DNA of 64,000 bases from the NCBI GenBank assembly GCA_030605095.1, contig JAUWBJ010000002.1:2355-66354 (forward strand). The letters are read 5' to 3'. The stretch comes from Candidatus Omnitrophota bacterium. GTDB taxonomy: Bacteria > Omnitrophota > Gorgyraeia > JABMRN01 > RBG-13-46-9. Below are positions 8,363 to 17,130 of the stretch, one piece after another. Made by a program: the position numbers and the translations under genes. Below the pieces are notes generated by a model that was not told the DNA's origin, ran no database searches, and saw only the letters and a program-made list of their open reading frames with translations. Positions within the stretch are counted from its first letter, which is position 1, and each line of letters opens with the position of its first letter.

Positions 8363-10336
8363 ATGAGAACTCAAAAAAATATAGTTTCTAGTTTTAAAAA
8401 AATAAGGAAGGTTAATTTCGGGGCCAGATTCTATAAAGTGGACTTGCATTTTCATACACCGGCATCCGAAGACGCAAGAGGAAAAAACCGCTATAATTTC
8501 AATCCCTACAAAGCTAAGTATCCTACCCATGATTGCGATTTCGAAAAACATTGCGACAAGGTTAAAAAGATTCAGGAAAAAATATTGGCTAATGCAAGAG
8601 AAGTTGCCGCGAAGATAGTCAAGAGATTTGTCGAAGAGAAACTTTCCTTAGTTGCCATAACTGACCATAACGCCATAGGGACATTGTGGCTCGATGCAGG
8701 TTCCAAAGCCGGCATAATGGATTTAAAGGCGCCTACATGGTACGAAATAATTGATGACGAGGCCGAGAAGATAAATGCACAAACAGGCAAAAAGGTTGTA
8801 ACCATACTGCCGGGCGTGGAGATAAGCTGCACAGGGATTCATATTCTGGCGGTTTTTCCGCCACATGAACCTCGGCGGGCGATTCATTTTGTAATATGCG
8901 ACCTTTTGGAAGAAATGGGTTTTGCCATTAAGGAGTGGGGGAAAAATCCTAAGGTCGGTAAAAGAAGCGTAATAGATGCCGTGGATTTAATCCAGCGAAA
9001 AGGCGGAATCGCCATAATCGCACACATAGACGGAAGCGATCAGGCCTTATTGAAACTTTACAAACTTAACAGCGGTGCGATGAAAAACGTGTTTTGTAAC
9101 CAGAAGTTATCGGCCGTTGAGATCGTGAATCCCTCAAAGTTTAGCAGGCAGAATAAAAAGCTCAAAATGACAATAAAGAACTGGATTAAATCGTTAAGGG
9201 TCAAGAGGGAAATTGCCCCAATTGCATATCTTCAGGGTTCGGATGCGCACGATTTAAAATCGATAGGCAAAAGGTTTACTTTTTTAAAGATGACGGTCCC
9301 CTCTTTTACCGGGTTAAAAATCGCGGTGTGGATTCCTGCCTCAAGGGCCAGAATATCTGAACTTCACAAGAGAGTGACAAAAGGTCTCTACATATACGGC
9401 GTGGAGATAAAAAATAAATATTTCGGCAGGCGTTTCATAAGGTTTAACCGTCACCTCAACTGCGTTGCCGGAGAGAAGGAGTCGGGCAAATCGTCCATTT
9501 TCCAATTGATGCAGAAGGCCGTAAGGCCCGATTCCACAAAAATCAAAGGGGACGTTAAACTGTTCGTTGAAAAGGTAATTGATTCAAGACCGCATCATTA
9601 CGCTTTTTGCAATGATAATAAGAGCGATTTTGTAGATTTATATTCAATAAACAAGGATAAAGGAACGGTAGCCAGAATCAATGCGAGCCGGATGAAGGAA
9701 TTGATGATAGAACCCAAATTTTATCATTCGGGTAAAATCGAGAAATTGATTTCCTCCAAGAATGATTTAAACGCATTTTTAATAAAACATTTCGGAAAGC
9801 CCACAAGACGGAATGTCGCTAATTTTAACAGGATGTTTTCTATTCCGAATTTTCTTGAAACAAAAGAAGAACGGCTTCTTTATGCGGAAGGAGATAACGG
9901 CAGATACAAGCTGCACGTAAATATTAACTGGCATACCGGAAAAGCGAAGATGATGGATTTTTTCAAGTTGCGTAATAGTTTGAGAAGAATTGCCATAATT
10001 TCTATGATAGTTATAAGCGGTAGTTTCGGGCCGTTAATAATTGACGCGCCTGAAAGTAATTTTGATAACGAGGATATTGCACATTTTCTCGTTCCTATCA
10101 TCAAGAAGTATAAAGATTTACGGCAAATTATATTATTTACGGGCAATCCAATTTTAGTCGTAAATTCGGACCCGGAAAATTACGTTTTATTAAGCACAAA
10201 AGGTAAAAAATTTGCCGGTATTAACTCGGGTTTTTCCATTGATGAGAAGGATCAGAAGGAGCACCTTATTAACCTGATGGAAGGCGGGTTAAAGTCGTTT
10301 AAAAAGAGGGCAATTAGATATGGAACTAAGAAATGA
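8363..10336 (+). CDS. PHP-domain phosphoesterase fused to a RecF/OLD-type ABC ATPase (candidate defence or repair nuclease-ATPase)
   Basis: PHP motifs HFH (29-31), DH (101-102), H221 and GSDAH (292-296). N-terminal ABC strand plus Walker A (369-377), a signature-like motif (537-549), Walker B and D-loop (IIDAPESNFD, 559-568). The H-loop is altered to LFTGNP. Confidence 0.6.
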   Translation: MRTQKNIVSSFKKIRKVNFGARFYKVDLHFHTPASEDARGKNRYNFNPYKAKYPTHDCDFEKHCDKVKKIQEKILANAREVAAKIVKRFVEEKLSLVAITDHNAIGTLWLDAGSKAGIMDLKAPTWYEIIDDEAEKINAQTGKKVVTILPGVEISCTGIHILAVFPPHEPRRAIHFVICDLLEEMGFAIKEWGKNPKVGKRSVIDAVDLIQRKGGIAIIAHIDGSDQALLKLYKLNSGAMKNVFCNQKLSAVEIVNPSKFSRQNKKLKMTIKNWIKSLRVKREIAPIAYLQGSDAHDLKSIGKRFTFLKMTVPSFTGLKIAVWIPASRARISELHKRVTKGLYIYGVEIKNKYFGRRFIRFNRHLNCVAGEKESGKSSIFQLMQKAVRPDSTKIKGDVKLFVEKVIDSRPHHYAFCNDNKSDFVDLYSINKDKGTVARINASRMKELMIEPKFYHSGKIEKLISSKNDLNAFLIKHFGKPTRRNVANFNRMFSIPNFLETKEERLLYAEGDNGRYKLHVNINWHTGKAKMMDFFKLRNSLRRIAIISMIVISGSFGPLIIDAPESNFDNEDIAHFLVPIIKKYKDLRQIILFTGNPILVVNSDPENYVLLSTKGKKFAGINSGFSIDEKDQKEHLINLMEGGLKSFKKRAIRYGTKK

Positions 10337-10395
10337 GCTTCAGGACTCCGTAGAATGTGGCTTGGATTGGTTGATACGCCGTCAAAAGCTAGATG

Positions 10396-10457
10396 ACAGG
10401 ACACTGTCTCCTGTGTGAATCGAAGACACTGTCCGGTGTGTTCGGACAATGTCTCTG
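10396..10457 (+). promoter_or_regulatory. Three spaced copies of the palindrome GACANTGTC (putative operator array)
   Basis: ggacactgtctcc (10396-10408), agacactgtccgg (10423-10435) and ggacaatgtctct (10445-10457). They sit 70-130 nt upstream of the ORF at 10527. Confidence 0.35.
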
Positions 10458-10526
10458 TATATGTGTGATTGAGGTCTCTAAGAAGAAAAGGTATTTAAAG
10501 AGTAAGGTAGATTAAGGAGGTGCATT

Positions 10527-10883
10527 ATGAAACAAAGGTTGATACAAATTGCGGAAGATTGCCCTGTTGACAGAGGAATAGTTCAAAAAATTCCTGTACA
10601 TGTCATTCAATACGAAGAATTGTCGAAGCACCCATATAAATACGATGAGAAGAATTTCCATGAACAAGTTAACTTAATTCGCAGAGGGAAAAAGCCAGGA
10701 GAATTGAAATTAAAAAAATATACCATTCGTCGAAATCCCCTTCCCAAAAAATATGGTTGGGGTATTCATGTAAATGAAGATGGAAAACTCGCACTTGTTG
10801 GATGTGAGACGAAAAAATACAAGGAATTAGAAAAAGATCCTAATGTCAAAAAAACAAGGGTAAGCAGAAACAAGAAAATTTGA
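10527..10883 (+). CDS. Hypothetical protein (118 aa, Lys-rich)
   Basis: ATG preceded by TAAGGAGGTG. No recognised domain. Confidence 0.4.
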   Translation: MKQRLIQIAEDCPVDRGIVQKIPVHVIQYEELSKHPYKYDEKNFHEQVNLIRRGKKPGELKLKKYTIRRNPLPKKYGWGIHVNEDGKLALVGCETKKYKELEKDPNVKKTRVSRNKKI

Positions 10884-10905
10884 GGCATAATATTATCAGT
10901 TAAAA

Positions 10906-11100
10906 TTGATGATAACGAAAAGGAAATATTTAATGGCATACGGTTACAATAATAGAGATTTTGAAGAAATGTCTTGGGGGTTCGCCATACTCAACTTTAT
11001 TGTAATTGCAGTTTTGATGGGCGGAATAATCACTATTCCGCTGGCATTGATTTGGATATTTTTTATTGCCCCGGCAATTCTTAAGAATTGGAAGAATTAA
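10906..11100 (+). CDS. Small hydrophobic membrane peptide
   Basis: WGFAILNFIVIAVLMGGIITIPLALIWIFFIAPAIL gives 1-2 predicted TM helices. The start may be the internal Met. Confidence 0.3.
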   Translation: MMITKRKYLMAYGYNNRDFEEMSWGFAILNFIVIAVLMGGIITIPLALIWIFFIAPAILKNWKN

Positions 11101-11217
11101 AACAAAAATGAGTCGAGTCTTAACTTTTAATTTGAACCCCACACCCCATTTTCTCTGCCTTCGCTGAATTGCTTTCGCGTTCAGCTTCGGCGGATCAGCC
11201 TCCGGCTGAAAAAATAA

Positions 11218-11240
11218 CCTGTCGGCAGGCAGGGATGTGT
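11218..11240 (+). repeat. Left copy of a 21-bp direct repeat (TGTCGGCAGGCAGGGATGTGT)
   Basis: 20 of 21 positions match 12118-12138. It ends 14 bp before the ATG at 11254. Confidence 0.5.
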
Positions 11241-11253
11241 ATGATAAAAATAT

Positions 11254-12111
11254 ATGAATGCATTTGAATATATTCTTTCAAAACAAATTCTTTGGGCACA
11301 CAATAACAAAATAAAGCTTGTTGGTAGCAAAGGCAAACGAGGTCGACCAGCCTATACACCAAGACTGGAGAATAATTTATTCGAACCTTTAAAACCATCT
11401 GTGAGGAGAGACTTCGAAAGTGGCGATGGAGGGGAATTAACAGGAAATCCTTCAAAGATGAGTGCGCTCCATTCTTCATCAGCATTAGGAGTAAATATCT
11501 TCCAATATTGGTTAAAAACAGAACAAATTCCAAAGATTGCAGCCGCGTGTGGTTTCTGTAACAAAAATAACAACAGGTCCTGGAATATTAAGTTTGAACA
11601 GAAATACCCTATAAGTAAGAAATTCAGGTACAGTCCAAACATCGATGTTGTCATAGAGAATTCGTTGGAAACAAAGTTTAGAGTATTTGCAATCGAATGT
11701 AAATTCTCAGAAGCGTATTCTTCGCATAAGCACTCAGGGCTTAAACAAAAATATATCAAATTGGATGAAGCATGGGATAAAGTGTCACACCTACGCACTT
11801 TTGCAAAATCAATAAGTCCAGAAGATCGCAAGTTTAATTACCTCCACCCGGCGCAACTAGTTAAACATATCCTGGGATTGACGAAAAAGTTTGGCAAGAA
11901 TAAATTCCGTCTTCTTTATCTCTGGTACGATTGTTTGGGCCATGAGGGAGCAAGGCACAAGGATGAAATAGACGAATTCACAAAGATTACCAGGAGAGAC
12001 GGCATTCGTTTTCATGCTTTGAGCTACCAAGAGCTCATTATTAGATTGTCCTCTGAATACAGTAACAAGCATGAAAGTTATATTAAATACATATCTGAAC
12101 GTTATCTATAA
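11254..12111 (+). CDS. Hypothetical protein with a PD-(D/E)xK-like nuclease motif
   Basis: NIDVVIE...FAIECKF fits the D...(E)xK core of restriction-endonuclease-like folds. The gene is exactly flanked by the 21-bp direct repeats. Confidence 0.4.
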   Translation: MNAFEYILSKQILWAHNNKIKLVGSKGKRGRPAYTPRLENNLFEPLKPSVRRDFESGDGGELTGNPSKMSALHSSSALGVNIFQYWLKTEQIPKIAAACGFCNKNNNRSWNIKFEQKYPISKKFRYSPNIDVVIENSLETKFRVFAIECKFSEAYSSHKHSGLKQKYIKLDEAWDKVSHLRTFAKSISPEDRKFNYLHPAQLVKHILGLTKKFGKNKFRLLYLWYDCLGHEGARHKDEIDEFTKITRRDGIRFHALSYQELIIRLSSEYSNKHESYIKYISERYL

Positions 12112-12117
12112 AAGGCC

Positions 12118-12138
12118 TGCCGGCAGGCAGGGATGTGT
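12118..12138 (+). repeat. Right copy of the 21-bp direct repeat (TGCCGGCAGGCAGGGATGTGT); contains the perfect palindrome CCTGCCGGCAGG
   Basis: Starts 7 bp after the stop codon of the 11254-12111 gene. The palindrome lies at 12116-12127. Confidence 0.5.
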
Positions 12139-12157
12139 TCATATTTAAAAGAAAACC

Positions 12158-12955
12158 ATGAAAATATCTAAACCATTAGTAGTGTTTGACCTTGAGACAA
12201 CAGGTACATGGATAGAGAAAGACAAAATAGTAGAAATCGGAATGATTAAGTGTCTCCCTGACGGTTCAAAGAAAGATTACGTAAAGCGCGTGAATCCCGG
12301 CATGCCGATTCCTTCGAGTGTCAGCAAGGTTACAGGAATCACAAACGAAGATGTCAAAAATGCCCCACCATTTAAAAGTATAGCTGCGGAAATATTATTT
12401 TTCATAGACAAATACGATCTGGCAGGCTTTGGCATAGAGCGTTTTGACCTACCTATCCTCGAAAGAGAAATGGTAGAGGCTGGCTTAAAATTTGAGCGCG
12501 GCGACAGAGTGGTTTATGACGCACAGAAAATATATCACATACACGAGAAAAGAACGCTAGTAGCTGCTTACCAGTTTTACTGCAATAAGGATCTTGTTAA
12601 GGCTCATTCGGCGATGGGCGATGTGGAGGCGACCATCGAAATACTTGATGATCAGGTTAGAAGATATGGTACGGAAAAGGAAGGAATAGAATCCCTAAAA
12701 GAACTTGACTATACCCGCTCCACGGAATATTTCGACAAAGAGAGGAAATTCCGTTGGTGGAACGGAGAGCTTTACCCGGTATTCGGAAAGTTTGCACGAA
12801 GACATAGCATAAAGGAGATCGCACAAAAAGAACCCTCATATCTAGAATGGATATTGAACCAGGATTTCACCAAAGATGTTAAGCTGATGGTAAAAGGAGC
12901 CCTCGAAGGCAAATTCCCCGAACCATCGGCAAAATCGGATATAGGAATAGGGTGA
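12158..12955 (+). CDS. DEDDh 3'-5' exonuclease (DnaQ/epsilon-like) with C-terminal extension
   Basis: Exo I VVFDLETTG, Exo II and Exo III HSAMGDVEAT motifs. Confidence 0.75.
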   Translation: MKISKPLVVFDLETTGTWIEKDKIVEIGMIKCLPDGSKKDYVKRVNPGMPIPSSVSKVTGITNEDVKNAPPFKSIAAEILFFIDKYDLAGFGIERFDLPILEREMVEAGLKFERGDRVVYDAQKIYHIHEKRTLVAAYQFYCNKDLVKAHSAMGDVEATIEILDDQVRRYGTEKEGIESLKELDYTRSTEYFDKERKFRWWNGELYPVFGKFARRHSIKEIAQKEPSYLEWILNQDFTKDVKLMVKGALEGKFPEPSAKSDIGIG

Positions 12956-13054
12956 ATAAAAATTGCAAACAATACAAAACCTACATGCTAGTTTTTCAAA
13001 CGTCTGCGATTTTGAAAACGGAAAATCGCAGACATTACAGAAACTTACCTAACT

Positions 13055-13585
13055 ATGAAGAATATTTTAACGAAATTGGCTGGTGGCGATCTTCGTTCTA
13101 TTGGAAATGTAAATAGTGTCGTGAGGGAGGTATTGAATAATCCTTCATTATTTAAGGATGTTTTCAATGGCTTATCTAATAATGATCCCGTTATAAAGAT
13201 GCGCTCTGCTGATGCTATTGAAAAGATTACCTCAAAGCACCCGGAATATCTTCATCCATTCAAGAAAAGATTAATTTGCCAAATAGCGAAGATTGAGCAA
13301 CAAGAGGTTCGTTGGCACCTAGCCCAAATTTTCCCTCGCCTTAGAATTACCCCCAAAGAAAAAGGTGAAGTAGTAAGAATTCTCTTTGATTACCTTGAAG
13401 ACAAAAGCAAAATTGTTAAAACATTCTCAATGCAGGCACTTTCTGACTTAGCTGAAAAAGATATTGTTTTGCGATCTAGAGTAATTAACTCGCTTAAAAA
13501 ATTAATTAAAACTGGCAGTCCGGCTATGAAAAGCAGAGGCAAAAAGTTACTGATTAAATTAAATAAAGTCAATGAAATGACATAA
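13055..13585 (+). CDS. Hypothetical alpha-helical (HEAT/ARM-like) protein
   Basis: 176 aa with repeated helical segments. Weak resemblance to AlkD-like HEAT-repeat proteins; not reliable. Confidence 0.3.
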   Translation: MKNILTKLAGGDLRSIGNVNSVVREVLNNPSLFKDVFNGLSNNDPVIKMRSADAIEKITSKHPEYLHPFKKRLICQIAKIEQQEVRWHLAQIFPRLRITPKEKGEVVRILFDYLEDKSKIVKTFSMQALSDLAEKDIVLRSRVINSLKKLIKTGSPAMKSRGKKLLIKLNKVNEMT

Positions 13586-13752
13586 CAAAGACCAGCCCGG
13601 GGGGGGTCATACCGGACAAAGCTCGAACCGCCTAAATGATTTTCTAACTTGGTTAGCTTTGCCGAGTTAGGATACACAAAAGGTATATTATATAACTTGT
13701 TTTTATTCGATAAGTAAGGTATATTTATATATACAGAAAAAGGAGGTAAATT

Positions 13753-14232
13753 ATGAAAAGAAAATTGATGCTTATCGCGCTTTTAGTCTCTGTGTTAACC
13801 CTTAGTGTTATGCCGCTTGAGGTTTATGCACTTGACCATGGTAAAACAAAAGGGCAAAAAGGGCACCAGTGGGATCTTGAAAAAAAGTTCTCCTTCAAGG
13901 CGCATTTAATACTCGCGAAGAAAGAAGAACTTGGCCTTTCGGACGCACAGGTGGCTAAAATCAAAGAATTGAAAATGAAGACCACAAAGGATTTAATCAG
14001 AAAAGATGCCGAAATCAAGATACTCGCCCTCGATATAAAAGCCGCGATGTGGGAAGATCCGATAAACACAAGCGCTGTAAACAAATTAATCGATAAAAAA
14101 TACGACCTTAAGAAGGAAAAAACCAAATCTTCGATAGGAGCTTATACTGCATTAAAGGGCATTTTGACAAAAGGGCAAAAAGAGAAGATGAAAGGGTTCC
14201 TGAAGAAGTGCAAAAAACAAAAGATGCAGTAA
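13753..14232 (+). CDS. Periplasmic Spy/CpxP-family (LTXXQ-motif) protein
   Basis: Signal peptide plus LSDAQVAKIKEL and LTKGQKEKMKGF motifs. Confidence 0.5.
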   Translation: MKRKLMLIALLVSVLTLSVMPLEVYALDHGKTKGQKGHQWDLEKKFSFKAHLILAKKEELGLSDAQVAKIKELKMKTTKDLIRKDAEIKILALDIKAAMWEDPINTSAVNKLIDKKYDLKKEKTKSSIGAYTALKGILTKGQKEKMKGFLKKCKKQKMQ

Positions 14233-14241
14233 CGCCTCCGC

Positions 14242-15177
14242 ATGCATACGAATTGGCCTAAATTATTAAGGCGAAAATTTACGAATTCATTCCCGGCCTG
14301 GTACTTCGTCGAATACATACTTCTGCACACAACAATGGCATTGATTAATTTCTTCCCCATCAAGGTTTCTACCTGGATAACCAGAAGGATCGGGGAAATC
14401 ATGTTTTTGATATTGCCAGAGAGGAGAAGAGTCGCCCTCAATAATCTTACCATCGCGTTCGGTAATTCCAAATCAGATTCTGAAAAAACAAAAATTGCCT
14501 TAGAATCCTTCCGTAATTTAATGACTTCTTTTATGGAATTTTTCAGACTGCCCAAGTTTGTAAATTCATCGGCAAAACACATATTCTTTAAAGGGGCCGA
14601 GCATTTTGACGGCGCTTTTGCCAGAGGTAATGGGGTAATTGTTGCCCTGTCCCATCTGGGACCGTGGGAATACCTGGGGGTTTTTACATATCTAAAAAAA
14701 TACCCGTCTGCTATCATAGGCAAGGCCTTAAGAAATCCTTATATCTACAGGCGGATCAGAGCGTTGAGGGAAACAGTCAAGCTGGACCATATCGATAAAG
14801 ATGCAGGGTTAAAAGCGGTCTTTTCAAAGCTCAGGCAAAACTACGGGGTAGCTATTGCGATCGACCAGTGGGCAGGTAACGAGGGAATATGGATTGATTT
14901 TTTTGGCACACCAACCTCAACAACTTCCCTTCCGGCACGTCTTGCAAAAAAAACAGGTTGTGCCATTATCCCCATGTATTGTATTAGAATAGCCAGCGGT
15001 GAATATGAAATTCATCTAGAGCCTGAGATAACCTTCAAAGAAAACGAAAATAATTGGGTAGAAAACACAACGAAGAAACTTAACCTTCTCCTGGAACAGA
15101 AAATTCGCGCCTATCCCGGACAGTGGTCATGGACACACAAACGCTGGAAAAATAAAAGACATATAAAGAGAAGTTAG
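14242..15177 (+). CDS. Lipid A biosynthesis lauroyl/myristoyl acyltransferase (LpxL/HtrB family)
   Basis: HLGPWE motif (ALSHLGPWEYLG) and the right length for a Kdo2-lipid IVA acyltransferase. Confidence 0.7.
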   Translation: MHTNWPKLLRRKFTNSFPAWYFVEYILLHTTMALINFFPIKVSTWITRRIGEIMFLILPERRRVALNNLTIAFGNSKSDSEKTKIALESFRNLMTSFMEFFRLPKFVNSSAKHIFFKGAEHFDGAFARGNGVIVALSHLGPWEYLGVFTYLKKYPSAIIGKALRNPYIYRRIRALRETVKLDHIDKDAGLKAVFSKLRQNYGVAIAIDQWAGNEGIWIDFFGTPTSTTSLPARLAKKTGCAIIPMYCIRIASGEYEIHLEPEITFKENENNWVENTTKKLNLLLEQKIRAYPGQWSWTHKRWKNKRHIKRS

Positions 15178-15204
15178 CGGACTTGTGTTTAATTTAAAAA
15201 AGTT

Positions 15205-17130
15205 TTACTTTCGTAGCTGTTTCTCCGCGTCTATTATGTCGCGGTTTATCAAACGGAGGGCTTTTTTTACTTTGTCCTTAAGCTGGCTAGATGCGGGGGT
15301 ATCGAGAATTTCGCGAAGAATCTGAATCGCCATTCTGAAATAGCGTATCACTTCGCCTTCATCCGCGTCCGAGTAGCTTAAGGTTTTATCAAACGTCTCC
15401 CCTTCCATCCAGGCCCCAAGGGCGGGTGAAAGATGATAAAAATAGTTTTTGCTTAGAGGTATTATACCGAATCTTTTCTCCATTCTTTGAATATCTCCCA
15501 CCATGCCTTCTGTAATATTCTGCAAAGACCTTGTTTTCTTACTCAATCTCGGCCTGGCAGAACCCTTGCGGGGTTCGAAAACGAGCGCGAGGGAAAGCGC
15601 GCCTAGTTCCTTTTCCGAAAGATGCTCCAGCGTGCCTTTTTCGTAAAGTTCGGAAAGCGAAAGTTCGTATCCGTAGATTTTACTCGCGAAAACGCCTTTT
15701 CCCGTAAGACGCTCTTTTCCTATATAACCGAGTTCCTTTAAGATTTTTACCTTTGAACGCAAAAGTTCAAGCGCTCTATTCTGTAACTTTTTCTTCTCCC
15801 GGAAACAATGAAAAGAGTAAGGGTATATGTCATAGAGCTTCTCGCTGTATTTGTCGTAAAGGTTGAGTACGGTTGCGTAAGAAGCGTTGAATCTTGAGCG
15901 CACTTTTTCAGGTTCGCCGTATATTATCCGTTTTAATTCATGATACGGAATAAAACGGGGGTTGACCCGGGAATAGACAAAACCTTCAACATCTATTCCG
16001 CGGCGTCCGGCCCTTCCTGCCATCTGGTAAAAATCCCGCGTCTTGAGGTTCGCGTGAAAACGGCCGTAAAACTTTCTTAGCTCGTCAAACACGACCGTGC
16101 GCGCCGGCATGTTTATGCCGAGAGCAAAGGTCTCCGTCGTAAATATAACCTTCATGAGCCGGCTTGTAAAAAGCCGCTCGACTACCTCCTTTAAAGTAGG
16201 AAGCATCCCGGCGTGGTGATAGGCAATCCCTCTTTCGATAAGCGGTTCTAACTTTGCGGCTGATTTCTCGCCGGCAAGGTCGAACCTTTCGCAAAGCTCG
16301 TGAAAAAGTGCGCGTATCTTTATCTTCTCCTCAGCGTTCAGAAAATCGAACTGGCGCATCTCCTCCGCCAGGTATTCGCAACGGCGCCTCCCAAAAGAAA
16401 AGTATATGCAGGGAAGGCGGTTATTTTTAAAGAGATGATCTACTAACGCGGTTGGTTTATTCGGCTTCAGGTGTTCTTTACCAGGAAATCTCCTGCCGCG
16501 GTAATAATAGAATTTTTTTATACCGGCCTCTAATCGCCTCACCTTATCAAGATTATCGAGAATCTCCCCCTGGCACTGGTAAAAGAAATGAAGCGGAACA
16601 GGCCTCTTATCTTCCTTTACTATCTTAAGCGGTTTATTGTGAATCGAGTGTATCCAATTCGAAAATTCATCTATATTCGGTATGGTGGCCGATAAAGCGA
16701 GTATCTTCATATGCTTCGGCAAAAAGATAAGGGACTCTTCCCATACGGTTCCGCGCTCGTAATCGTCGAGATAATGTATTTCATCAAATATTATCCATGA
16801 ATATTCCTCAAGGCTTCCGGTTTCCTCGAGAACCTTGTTTCTGAATATCTCGGTTGTCATTATAAGAATGGGCGCGTGAGGGTTTATACTAACGTCGCCT
16901 GTCAGTATTCCTATTTTATCGGGGAAACCTTTCTGAAATTCGCGGAATTTCTGGTTTGAGAGGGCTTTTATGGGAGCGGTGTAAACGGCTCTTTTGTTTT
17001 TCTCGAGGCAGTCGTTTATAACGTATTCGGCGATAACGGTTTTTCCCGCTCCCGTAGGCGCGGCAACTATAACCGAATGGCCTTCTTTAACATAGCCGAT
17101 TGCTTTTTCCTGGAATGGGTCATAAATCAT
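15205..17130 (-). CDS. Superfamily-2 DEAD/DEAH-box helicase (Ski2-like)
   Basis: Walker A APTGAGKT, DEIH box (IFDEIHYLDD), and the QMAGRAGRRG motif VI. Confidence 0.75.
   Translation of the reverse strand: MIYDPFQEKAIGYVKEGHSVIVAAPTGAGKTVIAEYVINDCLEKNKRAVYTAPIKALSNQKFREFQKGFPDKIGILTGDVSINPHAPILIMTTEIFRNKVLEETGSLEEYSWIIFDEIHYLDDYERGTVWEESLIFLPKHMKILALSATIPNIDEFSNWIHSIHNKPLKIVKEDKRPVPLHFFYQCQGEILDNLDKVRRLEAGIKKFYYYRGRRFPGKEHLKPNKPTALVDHLFKNNRLPCIYFSFGRRRCEYLAEEMRQFDFLNAEEKIKIRALFHELCERFDLAGEKSAAKLEPLIERGIAYHHAGMLPTLKEVVERLFTSRLMKVIFTTETFALGINMPARTVVFDELRKFYGRFHANLKTRDFYQMAGRAGRRGIDVEGFVYSRVNPRFIPYHELKRIIYGEPEKVRSRFNASYATVLNLYDKYSEKLYDIYPYSFHCFREKKKLQNRALELLRSKVKILKELGYIGKERLTGKGVFASKIYGYELSLSELYEKGTLEHLSEKELGALSLALVFEPRKGSARPRLSKKTRSLQNITEGMVGDIQRMEKRFGIIPLSKNYFYHLSPALGAWMEGETFDKTLSYSDADEGEVIRYFRMAIQILREILDTPASSQLKDKVKKALRLINRDIIDAEKQLRK

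Noticed and set aside
11101-11217. Hairpin-rich stretch (gctgaattgctttcgcgttcagc; cagcttcggcggatcagcctccggctg) upstream of the left direct repeat, considered as a terminator.
   Set aside because: On both strands the stems are not followed by a U-tract, and on the minus strand the T-run comes before the stem. It may be structural but cannot be called a terminator.
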